Source: an uncultured Spartobacteria bacterium (GTDB lineage: Bacteria > Verrucomicrobiota > Verrucomicrobiia > Chthoniobacterales > JAATET01). Taken from it: a stretch of DNA of 64,000 nucleotides. Below are positions 10,455-20,007 of the stretch, one piece after another. Position 1 is the stretch's first letter; each line of letters begins with the position of its first letter. Below the pieces are notes generated by a model that saw nothing but the letters and a program-made list of their open reading frames with translations, was not told where the DNA came from and made no database searches. Position numbers and translations under genes: made by a program. Location of the stretch: contig CALGTD010000138.1 in assembly GCA_937901895.1 (NCBI GenBank), positions 47,679-111,678 on the forward strand, read 5' to 3'.

Positions 10455-11381
10455 ATGCGCGGATGGGTTTCAATTGCCGTCCTGTTGTTGGTGGTCTTCT
10501 TGAAAGACGCTCCTGCGGCGACGGTTACCGCCGCGGAAGCGCGATCGATGGCAGGTCGCGAGGCCTCCGTGCGGGGAACCGTTACGCAACTGGGGCAGAT
10601 TCCCGCCGGCACCGGACCGTTGGTGCTCGAACTCGACGGCGAGCCGCGTGCGACGGTGTTTCGAGTCATCATTCCAGCGAATCTGCTGTCCGCTTTTGGC
10701 GAGAGTCCGCGGCAGCGGTTTCGCGATCGGGAGATTACGGTTACCGGGCAGATCGCGCTGTATCGAAATGTCCCGCAGATCGTCGTGACCGACGCCGCGC
10801 AAGTTCGGATCGGCGACGAGCCGAAGGAAGCGTCGGAGGATGACGCTGACGAGAAAAGTGCTGAGGATGAAGGGCGCAAGGCTCGCAAGAAGTCGGAGCA
10901 ATCCTCCTCGACTCGCACGCAGGAAAATCTGCTGAAGAACGCGGATTTTTCGAACGGTGCGAAGCATTGGAAACTGCCGAAGGCGGCGGAGGTTGCCGAC
11001 GGAGTGCTGCGCATCCGTCTTGATCCGAAAAAATCCGTGCTGGTGCAGCAGACGTTTTCCGGCATCCCGCAGGACGCGATCCAGTTTCAGGCGGTCTTCC
11101 GGGCGCAGCTTGCGGAGGGTTCTTCGTTGTCCAAGCCGCTGATGCTGCGACTCGGGCCGAGCATTTCCGAATCAAGCTACCTTGCGCGTCCGGTGAAATC
11201 CAGTCCCGGCGAATGGACGCAGATCAAGTGGACCCGCACCGCGGACCTCAAGGGCCATTCGACAATGACGTTTTTCATTGAAGTCGGCCCCGGCGAGGGT
11301 GAGCTCCTGATCGACGACGTGGTCCTCTTTGCCCATCCTGATTGGAAGGACAAGAAGACATGGAAGCCGTCCGACGGATGA
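10455..11381 (+). CDS. secreted hypothetical protein with an OB-fold-like N-terminal domain and a CBM4/9-like C-terminal domain
   Basis: Signal peptide (MRGWVSIAVLLLVVFLKDAPAA), a low-complexity acidic linker, and a C-terminal beta-rich domain ending in the GEGELLIDDVVL motif common to carbohydrate-binding modules. Confidence 0.5.
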   Translation: MRGWVSIAVLLLVVFLKDAPAATVTAAEARSMAGREASVRGTVTQLGQIPAGTGPLVLELDGEPRATVFRVIIPANLLSAFGESPRQRFRDREITVTGQIALYRNVPQIVVTDAAQVRIGDEPKEASEDDADEKSAEDEGRKARKKSEQSSSTRTQENLLKNADFSNGAKHWKLPKAAEVADGVLRIRLDPKKSVLVQQTFSGIPQDAIQFQAVFRAQLAEGSSLSKPLMLRLGPSISESSYLARPVKSSPGEWTQIKWTRTADLKGHSTMTFFIEVGPGEGELLIDDVVLFAHPDWKDKKTWKPSDG

Positions 11382-11405
11382 CTTTTGGAGCCGCTTTCGG
11401 CACGC

Positions 11406-11765
11406 TCAAAGTTTGAGCATTTTCACGAGAGTGGAAGGCAGACCCTCCGGCACTTTCACGCGCGGCGGGTTGTCTGCCAGCATCTGCGCGGCGAGCATTT
11501 CGAGCCAGGGGCGTGAACACTCCACCTTCGTCGGAACGAAGGTGAGGGCGCCGTCCTGTTCCTCCAGGCGATAGGCGACCTTCGCTTCGATCGGCTGCGT
11601 TTCTCCGGCCAGATCGGCGGAGACTTCGATGGTGTGGGATTCGGAATCGATGCGGAGCGTCGTCATGTGGCCGAGGGATTTGAAGTGGTGATTCAGGTAG
11701 GCGCGGGCCGCTCGCGAAACTGCGAGATCCTTGAGAAACGTGAGAGTGCCCATTGCCGACACCAT
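11406..11765 (-). CDS. small hypothetical protein
   Basis: 119-aa ORF lying convergent to the upstream gene. No recognisable family. The start was taken at the internal ATG. Confidence 0.3.
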   Translation of the reverse strand: MVSAMGTLTFLKDLAVSRAARAYLNHHFKSLGHMTTLRIDSESHTIEVSADLAGETQPIEAKVAYRLEEQDGALTFVPTKVECSRPWLEMLAAQMLADNPPRVKVPEGLPSTLVKMLKL

Positions 11766-11824
11766 CGCATGCGATGCCGGTATCCGTCCCGCGTTCCGTG
11801 CAGATTTTTCCAGTCTTCGTCGGA

Positions 11825-12310
11825 TCAGCCGCGGCGTGCGGCGTCGATCGCGGCGACGTCGATTTTCCCCATCGTCATCATGGCCTCGAATGCGCGCTTC
11901 GCCTCCGCTCCGCCTGCGGCCATCGCCTCGGTGAGCGTGCGTGGCGTGATCTGCCACGAGATGCCCCAGCGGTCCTGACACCATCCGCATTCGCTGGCCT
12001 CGCCGCCGTTGCCGACGATCGCGTCCCAATAGCGATCCGTCTCCTCCTGCGTGTCGGTCGCGATCTGGAAGGAGAAGGCAATGTTGTGCGTGATGCCGGG
12101 GCCGCCGTTCAGTCCGATGCAGGGGATTCCGCATACGGTGAATTCGACGACCAGCACGTCACCCTCCTTGCCGGAGGGATAGTCCGAGGGCGCGCGATGC
12201 ACGGCTCCGACCTCGCTGTCCGGGAAGACCGACGCATAGAAGCGCGCGGCCTCCTCCGCATCTTTGTCGAACCATAGGCAGACCGTATTCTTGGGAGCAG
12301 GATTTCTCAT
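11825..12310 (-). CDS. VOC/glyoxalase-superfamily protein (PhnB-like)
   Basis: Conserved PhnB-family motifs: CLWFDKDAEEAARFYASVF ... CGWCQDRWGISWQI. Confidence 0.75.
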   Translation of the reverse strand: MRNPAPKNTVCLWFDKDAEEAARFYASVFPDSEVGAVHRAPSDYPSGKEGDVLVVEFTVCGIPCIGLNGGPGITHNIAFSFQIATDTQEETDRYWDAIVGNGGEASECGWCQDRWGISWQITPRTLTEAMAAGGAEAKRAFEAMMTMGKIDVAAIDAARRG

Positions 12311-12435
12311 GGCAGGTATTCGTTTTTCAAAGACTCGACGAACGGGTCGCCGTCTTTCGGACAGGAATCTCTTGAGATGCTGCTGTCGTGGTTGGGATGG
12401 GTTGACTTTTGCAAATCCGTTGCGACGGTTGCCTC

Positions 12436-14137
12436 ATGAATATCCGGCGCCTGTCCAGTTACGTGTCTTTTCATTGGGCCCTTGTCGTCGGCTTTTCTGT
12501 CGGGTTGCCGGAAGTGACGGCGCAGGAGAAGCGCTGGAAGGTCGAACTCGTGCGGGATATCGCGCCGGGGAGCGACGGATCGTCCCCGAGGAATTTACAA
12601 ACTGCGGGCGGAATCGTCTATTTTACGGCAAACGATGGGGTGACCGGCCGGGGTTGTGGCGCACCAACGGCACGCCCGGAGGCACGGTGCCGGTCGCGGA
12701 TATCCTACCCGGCCCGTTGACGGCATTCCCGGGGCCAAACAGCTTCGGCTCCTTGAATGGGCTGCTGGTTTTTCGGGCGTATGAGAACAATGGCGGGGCA
12801 GAGCTCTGGCGTTCGGAAGGCCTGGCCGCCAATACCGCTCGGATTTTCGATTTGAATCCCGGCGCCAGTGGTTCCAACCCTTTCGGTCTTGTGGAGATCG
12901 ACGGGGCGCTCATGTTCGATGCCGAAATCCCCGCGACCGGCGCGGAACTTTATCGCACCGATGGCACGGCAGCGGGGACTTCCCTGGTGATGGACATCTG
13001 GCCGGGGGCGTCCGGTTCTTCGCCAGCGTCCTTTCAGCGGGCGGGCAATGCCGTGTTCTTTTCCGCGGAACGGCCGGCCGAGGGGCGGGAGCTTTGGCGC
13101 ACGCTGGGCACCTTCCTCACGACGACTCTCGTGAGAGATATCCAACCGGGGGCCAATTCCTCCAACATTACGTTGATGACGCCCGTGGGCGATCGGGTGT
13201 TTTTTCCGCCACCGATGGAGCGACGGGCACCGAAGTCTGGGTGAGCGATGGGACCTTCGCGGGAACCACCGTCACGCTGGACATCAATCCCGGGGCGGCG
13301 GGATCCTCCCCCTCCAATTTTGTCGGCATCGGGAACCGGCTGTTCTTCTCCGCGGCCATCCCCGCCACCGGTCGGGAGCCCTGGTGCAGTGACGGCACGC
13401 CCGCGGGAACGGTGATGCTCGGCGATCTCAATCCCGGGGGAGATTCCTTCCCGGCTTTCTTCGTCGGGCTGAATGGGATGGTTCTTTTTTCCGCATTCAC
13501 GCCGGCGCAGGGAACGGAACTCTGGCGCACCGATGGCACACCGGCGGGCACATCATTGTTCGTGGAAATCCGCCCGGGCCCGCTGGGATCGTCCCCCCGG
13601 CCTCTCGGCGTCATCGGAAACGAACTTCTTTTCGCCGCCGCCGATGACTCCCACGGCTACGAGATCTGGGCCACGGACGGAACCGTCGCCGGCACCCGCC
13701 TCGTGAAGGATATCAATCCCGGGTCCGTTAGCAGCATTGGAACGGTTGTCTCCCACGTCGCGCCGGATGGATCGCTCCTCTTCGAGGCGATTACGCCCGC
13801 CACCGGCAGCGAACTCTATCGGGCCTCCCTCGATACCACGAGACCCCGGCTGCGCGGAGTGAAGAAGCGGCGGGCGACCGAGGCCCTCCGGATCCGGCTC
13901 AAAGGCCGTGTAACGGACGATCTCTACGCCGGGCGGGTGGAATACCGTCTGAAACGTCCCGGAGCCGGAACCACGAAATGGCGGAAGACGAAACTGCGCG
14001 GCAAGGGGCCGGAGGAGAAACGCTGGGTGTTGCGCCTCGCACTGCGTGAACCCGGCGCCCATGTCGTCCGCCTGCGTGCCGTGGATGGCAACGGCAACGT
14101 CAGCAAGCGCAAGAGGGCGCGTATCACCCGGATCTAG
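12436..14137 (+). pseudogene. secreted ELWxxDG-repeat protein, reading frame broken by two 1-nt homopolymer frameshifts
   Basis: Three consecutive ORFs (12409..12720, 12264..13244, 13094..14137) each carry the same roughly 50-aa repeat unit (ELWRTDGT..G......DI.PG..GS.P). The repeat pattern continues cleanly across both frame changes. The first is near 12648 (G-run, GRELW) and the second near 13200 (T6 versus the expected T7, DRVFFSATDG). Confidence 0.6.
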
Positions 14138-14138
14138 C

Positions 14139-15080
14139 TCACGCGTTGCGGGCCGTCGCAGGACGTCTCCTGCGCGCGGCGCCCATGGCCAGCACACCGG
14201 CCGCCGCCAGCAGCGCCACGGTTTCCGGCTCCGGCACCACCGAGGCGATCGCAGCATCGCCGAAATTCTCCGTGCCCACGTAGCCGCGCAGGGCCATCGT
14301 TCCCGTCGTGGCGTCGCCGACGATCTGGCCGGTGAGATTCGTGAGCACGCCGTCGACGAGCACATTGAAAAGCACGTTGCCCTCCGGCGTCACGGACCCG
14401 ATGTGCGTGAACGCATCGCCATCCGCTGCGAGGCCCGTGCCCCAGAAATAGCCGTTGCGATAACCGGTTACGGAAAACTGCGCGGGGTCCGCGGTTCCGA
14501 AAACTCCCGGCGCCGCCAGATTCCATATCGTGCCGTCCATCCATGCCCATTCCGTCGAGAGCAGCGTCCCTTCGTCCCAGTCCGTCGGCGGCGTGAACGG
14601 CCCGTCCGGCACCTGCGCCATGTAGGCCCAATGCGTCACGTAAGCCGACCCGGTCCCCGTCAGCATCTGCATCTCCATGAATCGCCCCCCAACGAAGTTT
14701 CGCACCTGCCCGATGCCCACGGTCACCGGTCCGCCCGCCGACTCCCCGTTCGGAGTGAAGACGATGCGCACCTGCCCCTCCGGAGTGACGATGCCGCTCA
14801 TCGATGAGGTCGAGACGGTATCCTGGCCGAGAATCGTCAACGTCGCCGAGCTTTCGCCGGTGAACGTCCCGCCCGAGGCGCTGGTGATGTTCCACAGCGT
14901 CTGATCGCCGATCGGAATCGGCGTCGAGAGATCCGACCCCGGTGTGAGGTAGGCGAGCAGATTGGCCGCCGGCACATACCACTGCGTATCCGCCAGCCAG
15001 TCGGACGGCGACTCCGCTCGTGCCGTTGACCATCCGACCATTCCCGCCGCCAGCACCGCAAGGAATCCGTGCTTTCGCAT
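14139..15080 (-). CDS. PEP-CTERM sorting-domain protein
   Basis: N-terminal signal peptide (MRKHGFLAVLAAGMVGWSTARA) and the C-terminal motif VVPEPETVALLAAAGVLAMGAARRRRP, i.e. PEP, a transmembrane helix, then an Arg cluster. Confidence 0.75.
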   Translation of the reverse strand: MRKHGFLAVLAAGMVGWSTARAESPSDWLADTQWYVPAANLLAYLTPGSDLSTPIPIGDQTLWNITSASGGTFTGESSATLTILGQDTVSTSSMSGIVTPEGQVRIVFTPNGESAGGPVTVGIGQVRNFVGGRFMEMQMLTGTGSAYVTHWAYMAQVPDGPFTPPTDWDEGTLLSTEWAWMDGTIWNLAAPGVFGTADPAQFSVTGYRNGYFWGTGLAADGDAFTHIGSVTPEGNVLFNVLVDGVLTNLTGQIVGDATTGTMALRGYVGTENFGDAAIASVVPEPETVALLAAAGVLAMGAARRRRPATARNA

Positions 15081-15182
15081 GACTACAGCCTTCCAGAATC
15101 CGTGAAGTCGAGCCATTCCAAAGCACCGGCATTGGCGTGTAGTTTTACGCCTGCAACCGAAGCGATGAAGCTGCTCGAGGCA

Positions 15183-15252
15183 TCCCGGTTTCCAGAGGCG
15201 ATGTCCCGGTTTCGCAGAGAGGCGTCCCGGTTTCCTGGAGCGATGGCTTGGA
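15183..15252. repeat. three tandem imperfect direct repeats of about 21 bp (TCCCGGTTTC-N2-3-AGAGGCG-like)
   Basis: The three units are GCATCCCGGTTTCCAGAGGCGAT, GTCCCGGTTTCGCAGAGAGGC and GTCCCGGTTTCCTGGAGCGAT. They lie 100-170 bp upstream of the PEP-CTERM gene start at 15080. Confidence 0.5.
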
Positions 15253-15382
15253 TCCAAGAGATGACGGCCGGTTTGCGGGGGTGACATTGCGCGGGACGCG
15301 CTCCTCCGTTTGTGGCTGCCGCGGCCCGGAGGTCCGTGACCTGCTCCAAGAGCGTCTGAGGCGGTCAGCGGGAGGTGGAAAT

Positions 15383-15414
15383 AAAAAGGGCCCCGCTTGC
15401 GCGAGGCCCTTTCG
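15383..15414 (-). terminator. rho-independent terminator-like hairpin downstream of the GH92 gene
   Basis: On the minus strand: AAAGGGCC-tcgcgcaagcgg-GGCCCTTT followed by TTATTTCC, a GC stem with a U-rich tail, 15-45 nt after the GH92 stop codon. Confidence 0.45.
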
Positions 15415-15429
15415 GAAGAGGAATCCGGC

Positions 15430-17787
15430 TTATTTCTGCGGGAAGGCCGGGTCTTTGATCTTCGCCGTTTCGGGGTCGATCGTGAGATCCACGTATTCCG
15501 AGAGCGACTGCGGCAGCTGGTCGGGCCGCCACGGTTCGGTGCGGATCGCCGGCTCGCGGCTCATCGTGAAGTCGAGCGTGGCGCCTTCCATGAGCGTCTT
15601 GTAGGGAATCGCGAGCTTGTCGTAGGGCTTGCCGTTCACCGTGAGCGACTCGACGAACACCTTGCCCGGCGCGTTGTCGGGCGCATTGATCGTGAGGTGC
15701 TTTCCGCCGGGGAGCTGGATGACGGCCTTGCGGACCATCGGCGAGCCGATGACGAATTCGTCGCGGCCCGGGCACAGCGGGTAGAGGCCGATCGCGCTGA
15801 GGATATACCAGGCGGACATCTCGCCGTTGTCCTCGTCGCCGCCGAATCCCTCGGGGCTGTAGGCCTCGTCCATCACGCGGCGCACCCAATATTGGGTCTT
15901 CCACGGATAGCCGGCCGCCACGTAGAGGTAGGGCACGTGGTGCACGGTCTGGTTGCTGTGCGCGTATTGGCCGAAGGGGAGGCGCGCCATTTCCACCATC
16001 TCGTGGATCACGCTGTTGTAGCCGTCGGGGCCGGTGTGGTAGGTGCCGGGCTTGGCGAACATTTCGTCGAGCTTGTCCACGAAGTTCTTCGGGCCGCCCA
16101 TGAGGTTGATGAGGCCGGCCGGGTCGTGCTGAACGGACCACGTGCTCTGCCAGGGGCCGCCTTCGACGTAGGGGCCGCCCCATGCAAATTCGTCGAAGGG
16201 CTCCTTGAAGCCGCCTTCCTTGAGCCGGCCGCGCATGAAGTTGGTCTCCTTGTCGAAGTTGTTCTGGTAGTTGAGCGCGCGCTTCTCGAACTTCTCGACC
16301 AGCTCGTCCTCGCCGAGGACGCGGGCGACCTGCGCGATGCAGAAGTCGTCGTAGGCGTAGTCGAGCGCCGCGCTGGCGGACGCATGCGCCTCGCCGTCGT
16401 AGACGTAGCCGCGCTCGAGGTAGCCGGAGAGGCCGGGGCGGCCGAATCCGTCGTCACCGGGAACGATCGTGTCGGCGTGCTTGAGCATGCCTTCGAACGC
16501 CTCGCGGACATCGAAGTTTCCGATCCCCTTCACCACCGCATCAGCGACGACCGCGTCGCTGTGCGAGCCGATCATGCACGCGCGATAGCCGGGCGCGGGC
16601 CACTGCGGGAACCAGCCGCCCTCGCGCAGAGCGGTCATCCAGCCGTCCATGATCTGCCCGTAACGCTCGGGATCGACGATGGAGAGGAACGAGTAGTAGG
16701 TGCGGTAGGTGTCCCAGAATCCGTTGTCGGAGTAGAGAATGCCGGGTTCGACCTTGCCGGTGTAGGGGCTGTAGTGGATCGGCTTCCCTTCCTTATTGAA
16801 CTCGAAGAATTCACGCGGGAAGAGCTGCGCGCGGTAGAGGCAGCTGTAGAACGTGCGCGTCTCGCGCGGGGTGGCCTCGATGTCGATCTTGCCGAGCGCC
16901 TTGTTCCAGATCTCGCGGCCTTCGGCACTCACGGTGTCGAAGTCGCGGTCGCCGATCTCGCTCTGCGCGTTGAATCCAGCCTGCTCGGTGCTGATGAACG
17001 ACGTGCCGATGCGCATGGTGACGACGAGCGGCTTGCCGTCGGTGCTCGGCGCGAAGTCGATCACGGCGCCGATGTTGTCGCCCTCGAGCTTGGCCTTGGC
17101 GTCCTTCTTGATGTGCCCGAGCTCGGAGATCTGGGCCTTGGCGACCGGCTTGTCGAAGACGGCGGAGAAGTAGAACGCGTAGTTTTCAGGCACGCCGCCG
17201 GAGTTCGAACGGGTGAACCCAGTGAACTTCTGCCCGTCGGCCGAGAGCTCGACCTGCGATTTGGCCGAACATTCGAGCATCACGCGGCCGGGCTTGCCGG
17301 CGGGAAAGGTGAACTCGAAGACGGCCGAACGGTCCGTGGGCGTCATGCGGATCTTCACGTCCGCGGGCTTGAGCGTGAGCGACATTTCATTCGGCGAGAG
17401 CTGCAGCCCTTCGAAGCGAGACTCGCGATTCTTCGACGTGACGTCGTCGCCCATCGGGCGCGCATCCCCGGCGGATGCGGTGATGTTGAACACGCCGTAG
17501 TCGCCCATCCACGGGCTCGGCTGGTGTGTGGAGCGGATGCCCTGGATCGAGCTGCTCTTCGGATCGAAGAACCAGCGTTCCTCCTTGGTCTGCATCGTCC
17601 AGTCGGTCATGGCGAACGGTCGCGCGACCATCGGGATCGTATTGCCGGTCGAGACGTCGTGGGTCGAGTCGGTGCCCTGGAGGACGTTGACGTATTGGAC
17701 GTAATCCCGCGCGGAGAGCGGCGCAATGCCTGCCGCGACGAGAGCCGCGACCCGCAGGAGTCTGCGTGAGATGGATGATTTACTCAT
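15430..17787 (-). CDS. glycoside hydrolase family 92 (alpha-1,2-mannosidase-like)
   Basis: 785-aa protein with a signal peptide and long conserved GH92 blocks (e.g. GYPWKTQYWVRRVMDEAY, DNGEMSAWYILSAIGLYP). Confidence 0.9.
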   Translation of the reverse strand: MSKSSISRRLLRVAALVAAGIAPLSARDYVQYVNVLQGTDSTHDVSTGNTIPMVARPFAMTDWTMQTKEERWFFDPKSSSIQGIRSTHQPSPWMGDYGVFNITASAGDARPMGDDVTSKNRESRFEGLQLSPNEMSLTLKPADVKIRMTPTDRSAVFEFTFPAGKPGRVMLECSAKSQVELSADGQKFTGFTRSNSGGVPENYAFYFSAVFDKPVAKAQISELGHIKKDAKAKLEGDNIGAVIDFAPSTDGKPLVVTMRIGTSFISTEQAGFNAQSEIGDRDFDTVSAEGREIWNKALGKIDIEATPRETRTFYSCLYRAQLFPREFFEFNKEGKPIHYSPYTGKVEPGILYSDNGFWDTYRTYYSFLSIVDPERYGQIMDGWMTALREGGWFPQWPAPGYRACMIGSHSDAVVADAVVKGIGNFDVREAFEGMLKHADTIVPGDDGFGRPGLSGYLERGYVYDGEAHASASAALDYAYDDFCIAQVARVLGEDELVEKFEKRALNYQNNFDKETNFMRGRLKEGGFKEPFDEFAWGGPYVEGGPWQSTWSVQHDPAGLINLMGGPKNFVDKLDEMFAKPGTYHTGPDGYNSVIHEMVEMARLPFGQYAHSNQTVHHVPYLYVAAGYPWKTQYWVRRVMDEAYSPEGFGGDEDNGEMSAWYILSAIGLYPLCPGRDEFVIGSPMVRKAVIQLPGGKHLTINAPDNAPGKVFVESLTVNGKPYDKLAIPYKTLMEGATLDFTMSREPAIRTEPWRPDQLPQSLSEYVDLTIDPETAKIKDPAFPQK

Positions 17788-17809
17788 GGTTATCAGGGGT
17801 ATTGGAGGT

Positions 17810-19456
17810 TCACACCATGCGTGCGAGCAGGCCGGTGAGATACGGAAGAAGTTGCTTCTTGCGGGAAACAACCCCGTCAAGCTGCCATACATACGGCTCG
17901 AGGGAAGGGTAATCGATCAGGCGCGTGAAGTTCTCGGCGCCGCGCACGAGGAGCATCGAGTTCTGCGTGTTGATGTCGGTCACCAGCAGCGCGGCGAAGA
18001 GGAGTTTGCGTGCGGCCCGGAAATTCTCGAGCGACTCGAGCAACGCGTCCTTCTTCTCCTCGAAATGCGAGAAACTGAGCTCCTCGATCTGCGCCACGGT
18101 GAATTTCTCTCCGGATTCCTCGTATTCCTTGCAATCCGCCCCCACCGCCTGGTCGGTCGTCATCGTGAGCAGCGGAGAACCGACGGAGAAAATCTCCGAG
18201 GCAAGGTCGGCGGGCGCGATGCCGGCAATCTGCGCGAGGTGATCCATCACGCCGCGGTCGATGTCGGTCGTTGTGGGTGAGGTGAGGTTGAGTGTGTCGG
18301 AAATCACTCCTGCCATGAGAATGCCGGCGATCGGCTTCGGGATGGGAATGCCGGCGTATTGATAAAAGGTCGCGACGATGGTGCTGGTCGAGCCGACGGG
18401 GCGGTTCACGAAAAGAATCGGCGCCTCGGTATGGACGGATCCGACGCGGTGATGGTCGAGGATTTCGACGATCGGAATCGTGTCGGCTCCCGCGACCGCC
18501 TGCGAAAGCTCGTTGTGATCGACAAGGATGAGCTGTCGCGGGATTGGCTTGAGAAAATCGGACTTCGAGAGGATGCCTTCGAGACGGCCGTCATCATCGA
18601 GGACGGGAAACGCGAACTGCGAGGACAGGGCGACCTGCTGTCGCGCGGCGGCGAGCGGCATGTCCGGGGAGAGCGATTCGTATTCGGCCCAGAGCATCCG
18701 CTCGGCGGTGACCGCGCTGCGGGCGAGGAGCACCGTGGTCGCGGTGTCGTAGGGCGCGACGATCACGGTGACGCCCTTTTCCCGGGCGAGTGCAAGGATG
18801 TCGTCGCCGACAGGCAGTTCCCCCGTCACGACGAGCGCCTTCACTCCGGCTTCGATCGAGATGCGTTGGATGTTGAACCGGTCGCCAACGATGAGCACCG
18901 TGTTCGCGAGATCGAGGGACCGGATGCGCTGCTCGAACGACGAGGTGTGCATGGCCGCCACGACCAATATGTGGCGCATCGTTTCCCGGCAGAGCGTGCC
19001 GGCGAGAACTTCGCCGTGAATGGTCGCGCAGATGTTCGAGAGCGACGCGTCCACCATGCCGGTGGAATAGATCTCCTCCGGGGGAGGGAAGAGGTGGCGG
19101 CTGATCTTGACGCTGGAAATCAGACCCACGCAGCGATTTTCCGAATCCACGACCGGCAGACCCCGAAAACGATTTTCGCCGATCTGGAGCATCGCCTTGT
19201 AAACGGGTTCGCCGATGCTCGCGGTGACGACATTTCGCTCCATGACGTCCGAAACCCGCGGGCGCACATCGCTGTAAAATGCGGGGGGTTCGACGCCGAA
19301 TTTCTCAAGGACGTAATCGATGCGCTCGTTTGTGTTTCCGCAGCGCCCGGCCGTGACCGCCGCATCGCCGGAAAGGCGTTTGAACTCTGCATAACCGATC
19401 GCGGACACGATAGCGTCCATGTCGGGATTCCTGTGGCCGATGACGATGGTTTCCAA
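17810..19456 (-). CDS. family-II (DHH) manganese-dependent inorganic pyrophosphatase with inserted CBS pair and DRTGG domain
   Basis: N-terminal IGHRNPDMDAIVSA (DHH), two CBS-like repeats, and a C-terminal DHHA2 region (GSTSTIV...LLSD). There is no in-frame ATG or GTG between the upstream GNAT stop and the catalytic His, so a TTG start at 19456 is proposed. Confidence 0.75.
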   Translation of the reverse strand: METIVIGHRNPDMDAIVSAIGYAEFKRLSGDAAVTAGRCGNTNERIDYVLEKFGVEPPAFYSDVRPRVSDVMERNVVTASIGEPVYKAMLQIGENRFRGLPVVDSENRCVGLISSVKISRHLFPPPEEIYSTGMVDASLSNICATIHGEVLAGTLCRETMRHILVVAAMHTSSFEQRIRSLDLANTVLIVGDRFNIQRISIEAGVKALVVTGELPVGDDILALAREKGVTVIVAPYDTATTVLLARSAVTAERMLWAEYESLSPDMPLAAARQQVALSSQFAFPVLDDDGRLEGILSKSDFLKPIPRQLILVDHNELSQAVAGADTIPIVEILDHHRVGSVHTEAPILFVNRPVGSTSTIVATFYQYAGIPIPKPIAGILMAGVISDTLNLTSPTTTDIDRGVMDHLAQIAGIAPADLASEIFSVGSPLLTMTTDQAVGADCKEYEESGEKFTVAQIEELSFSHFEEKKDALLESLENFRAARKLLFAALLVTDINTQNSMLLVRGAENFTRLIDYPSLEPYVWQLDGVVSRKKQLLPYLTGLLARMV

Positions 19457-19475
19457 GAGGTCGAACGAAAGGGAT

Positions 19476-19967
19476 TTACGAGGTTGCAGAATTAGCAGGA
19501 TTTCGAGGCAGCGAAAGGCGCAGAATTGCGACAGGTTTGGCCTGGACCATTTCCTCCTGAACGAAGCTCCAGCCCAACCGTTCGTAGAAATGCCGGTGGT
19601 CGGGGGTCCACAGATGCAGCGTGCGGATGCCCATGGCTCCGGCGCGACGCATGGTTTCGCGGACGATCTGTGTGCCGAGCCCGGCACCGCGACGGTCGGC
19701 GCGCACGATGACGGAGCCGAGCCACGGGCTGAACTCCGGATAGGGCAGCACGTCGTCCACGAGGAGCGACGCCGCGGCGACGGGTTCGTCGTTTTCGAGC
19801 AGGACGACCGTGCAGTCGGGGCGGTCGCGATTGCGGGCGCAGGATTCCGCCTCGTCCAGGGCGGTGAACCCGGGACGGAACAGATACGGCCACTCGGCGT
19901 CATACCACGCGGCCAGAGTCGGCGCGAGGTGAGGCACATCCGCGAGAAGCCGGAAATCCAGGGCCAT
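19476..19967 (-). CDS. GNAT-family N-acetyltransferase
   Basis: Acetyl-CoA binding motif RGAGLGTQIV within a 163-aa GNAT fold. Confidence 0.8.
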   Translation of the reverse strand: MALDFRLLADVPHLAPTLAAWYDAEWPYLFRPGFTALDEAESCARNRDRPDCTVVLLENDEPVAAASLLVDDVLPYPEFSPWLGSVIVRADRRGAGLGTQIVRETMRRAGAMGIRTLHLWTPDHRHFYERLGWSFVQEEMVQAKPVAILRLSLPRNPANSATS

Positions 19968-20007
19968 CCCGCGAGGTTAGCGACTCAGCGACGCGGCAAA
20001 AGCCGGA

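Noticed and set aside
11415-11445. Hairpin GCTCAAA-gtt-TGAGC followed by ATTTTC between convergent genes.
   Set aside because: The stem is short and AT-rich and the U-tract is weak. This is insufficient to call a bidirectional terminator.
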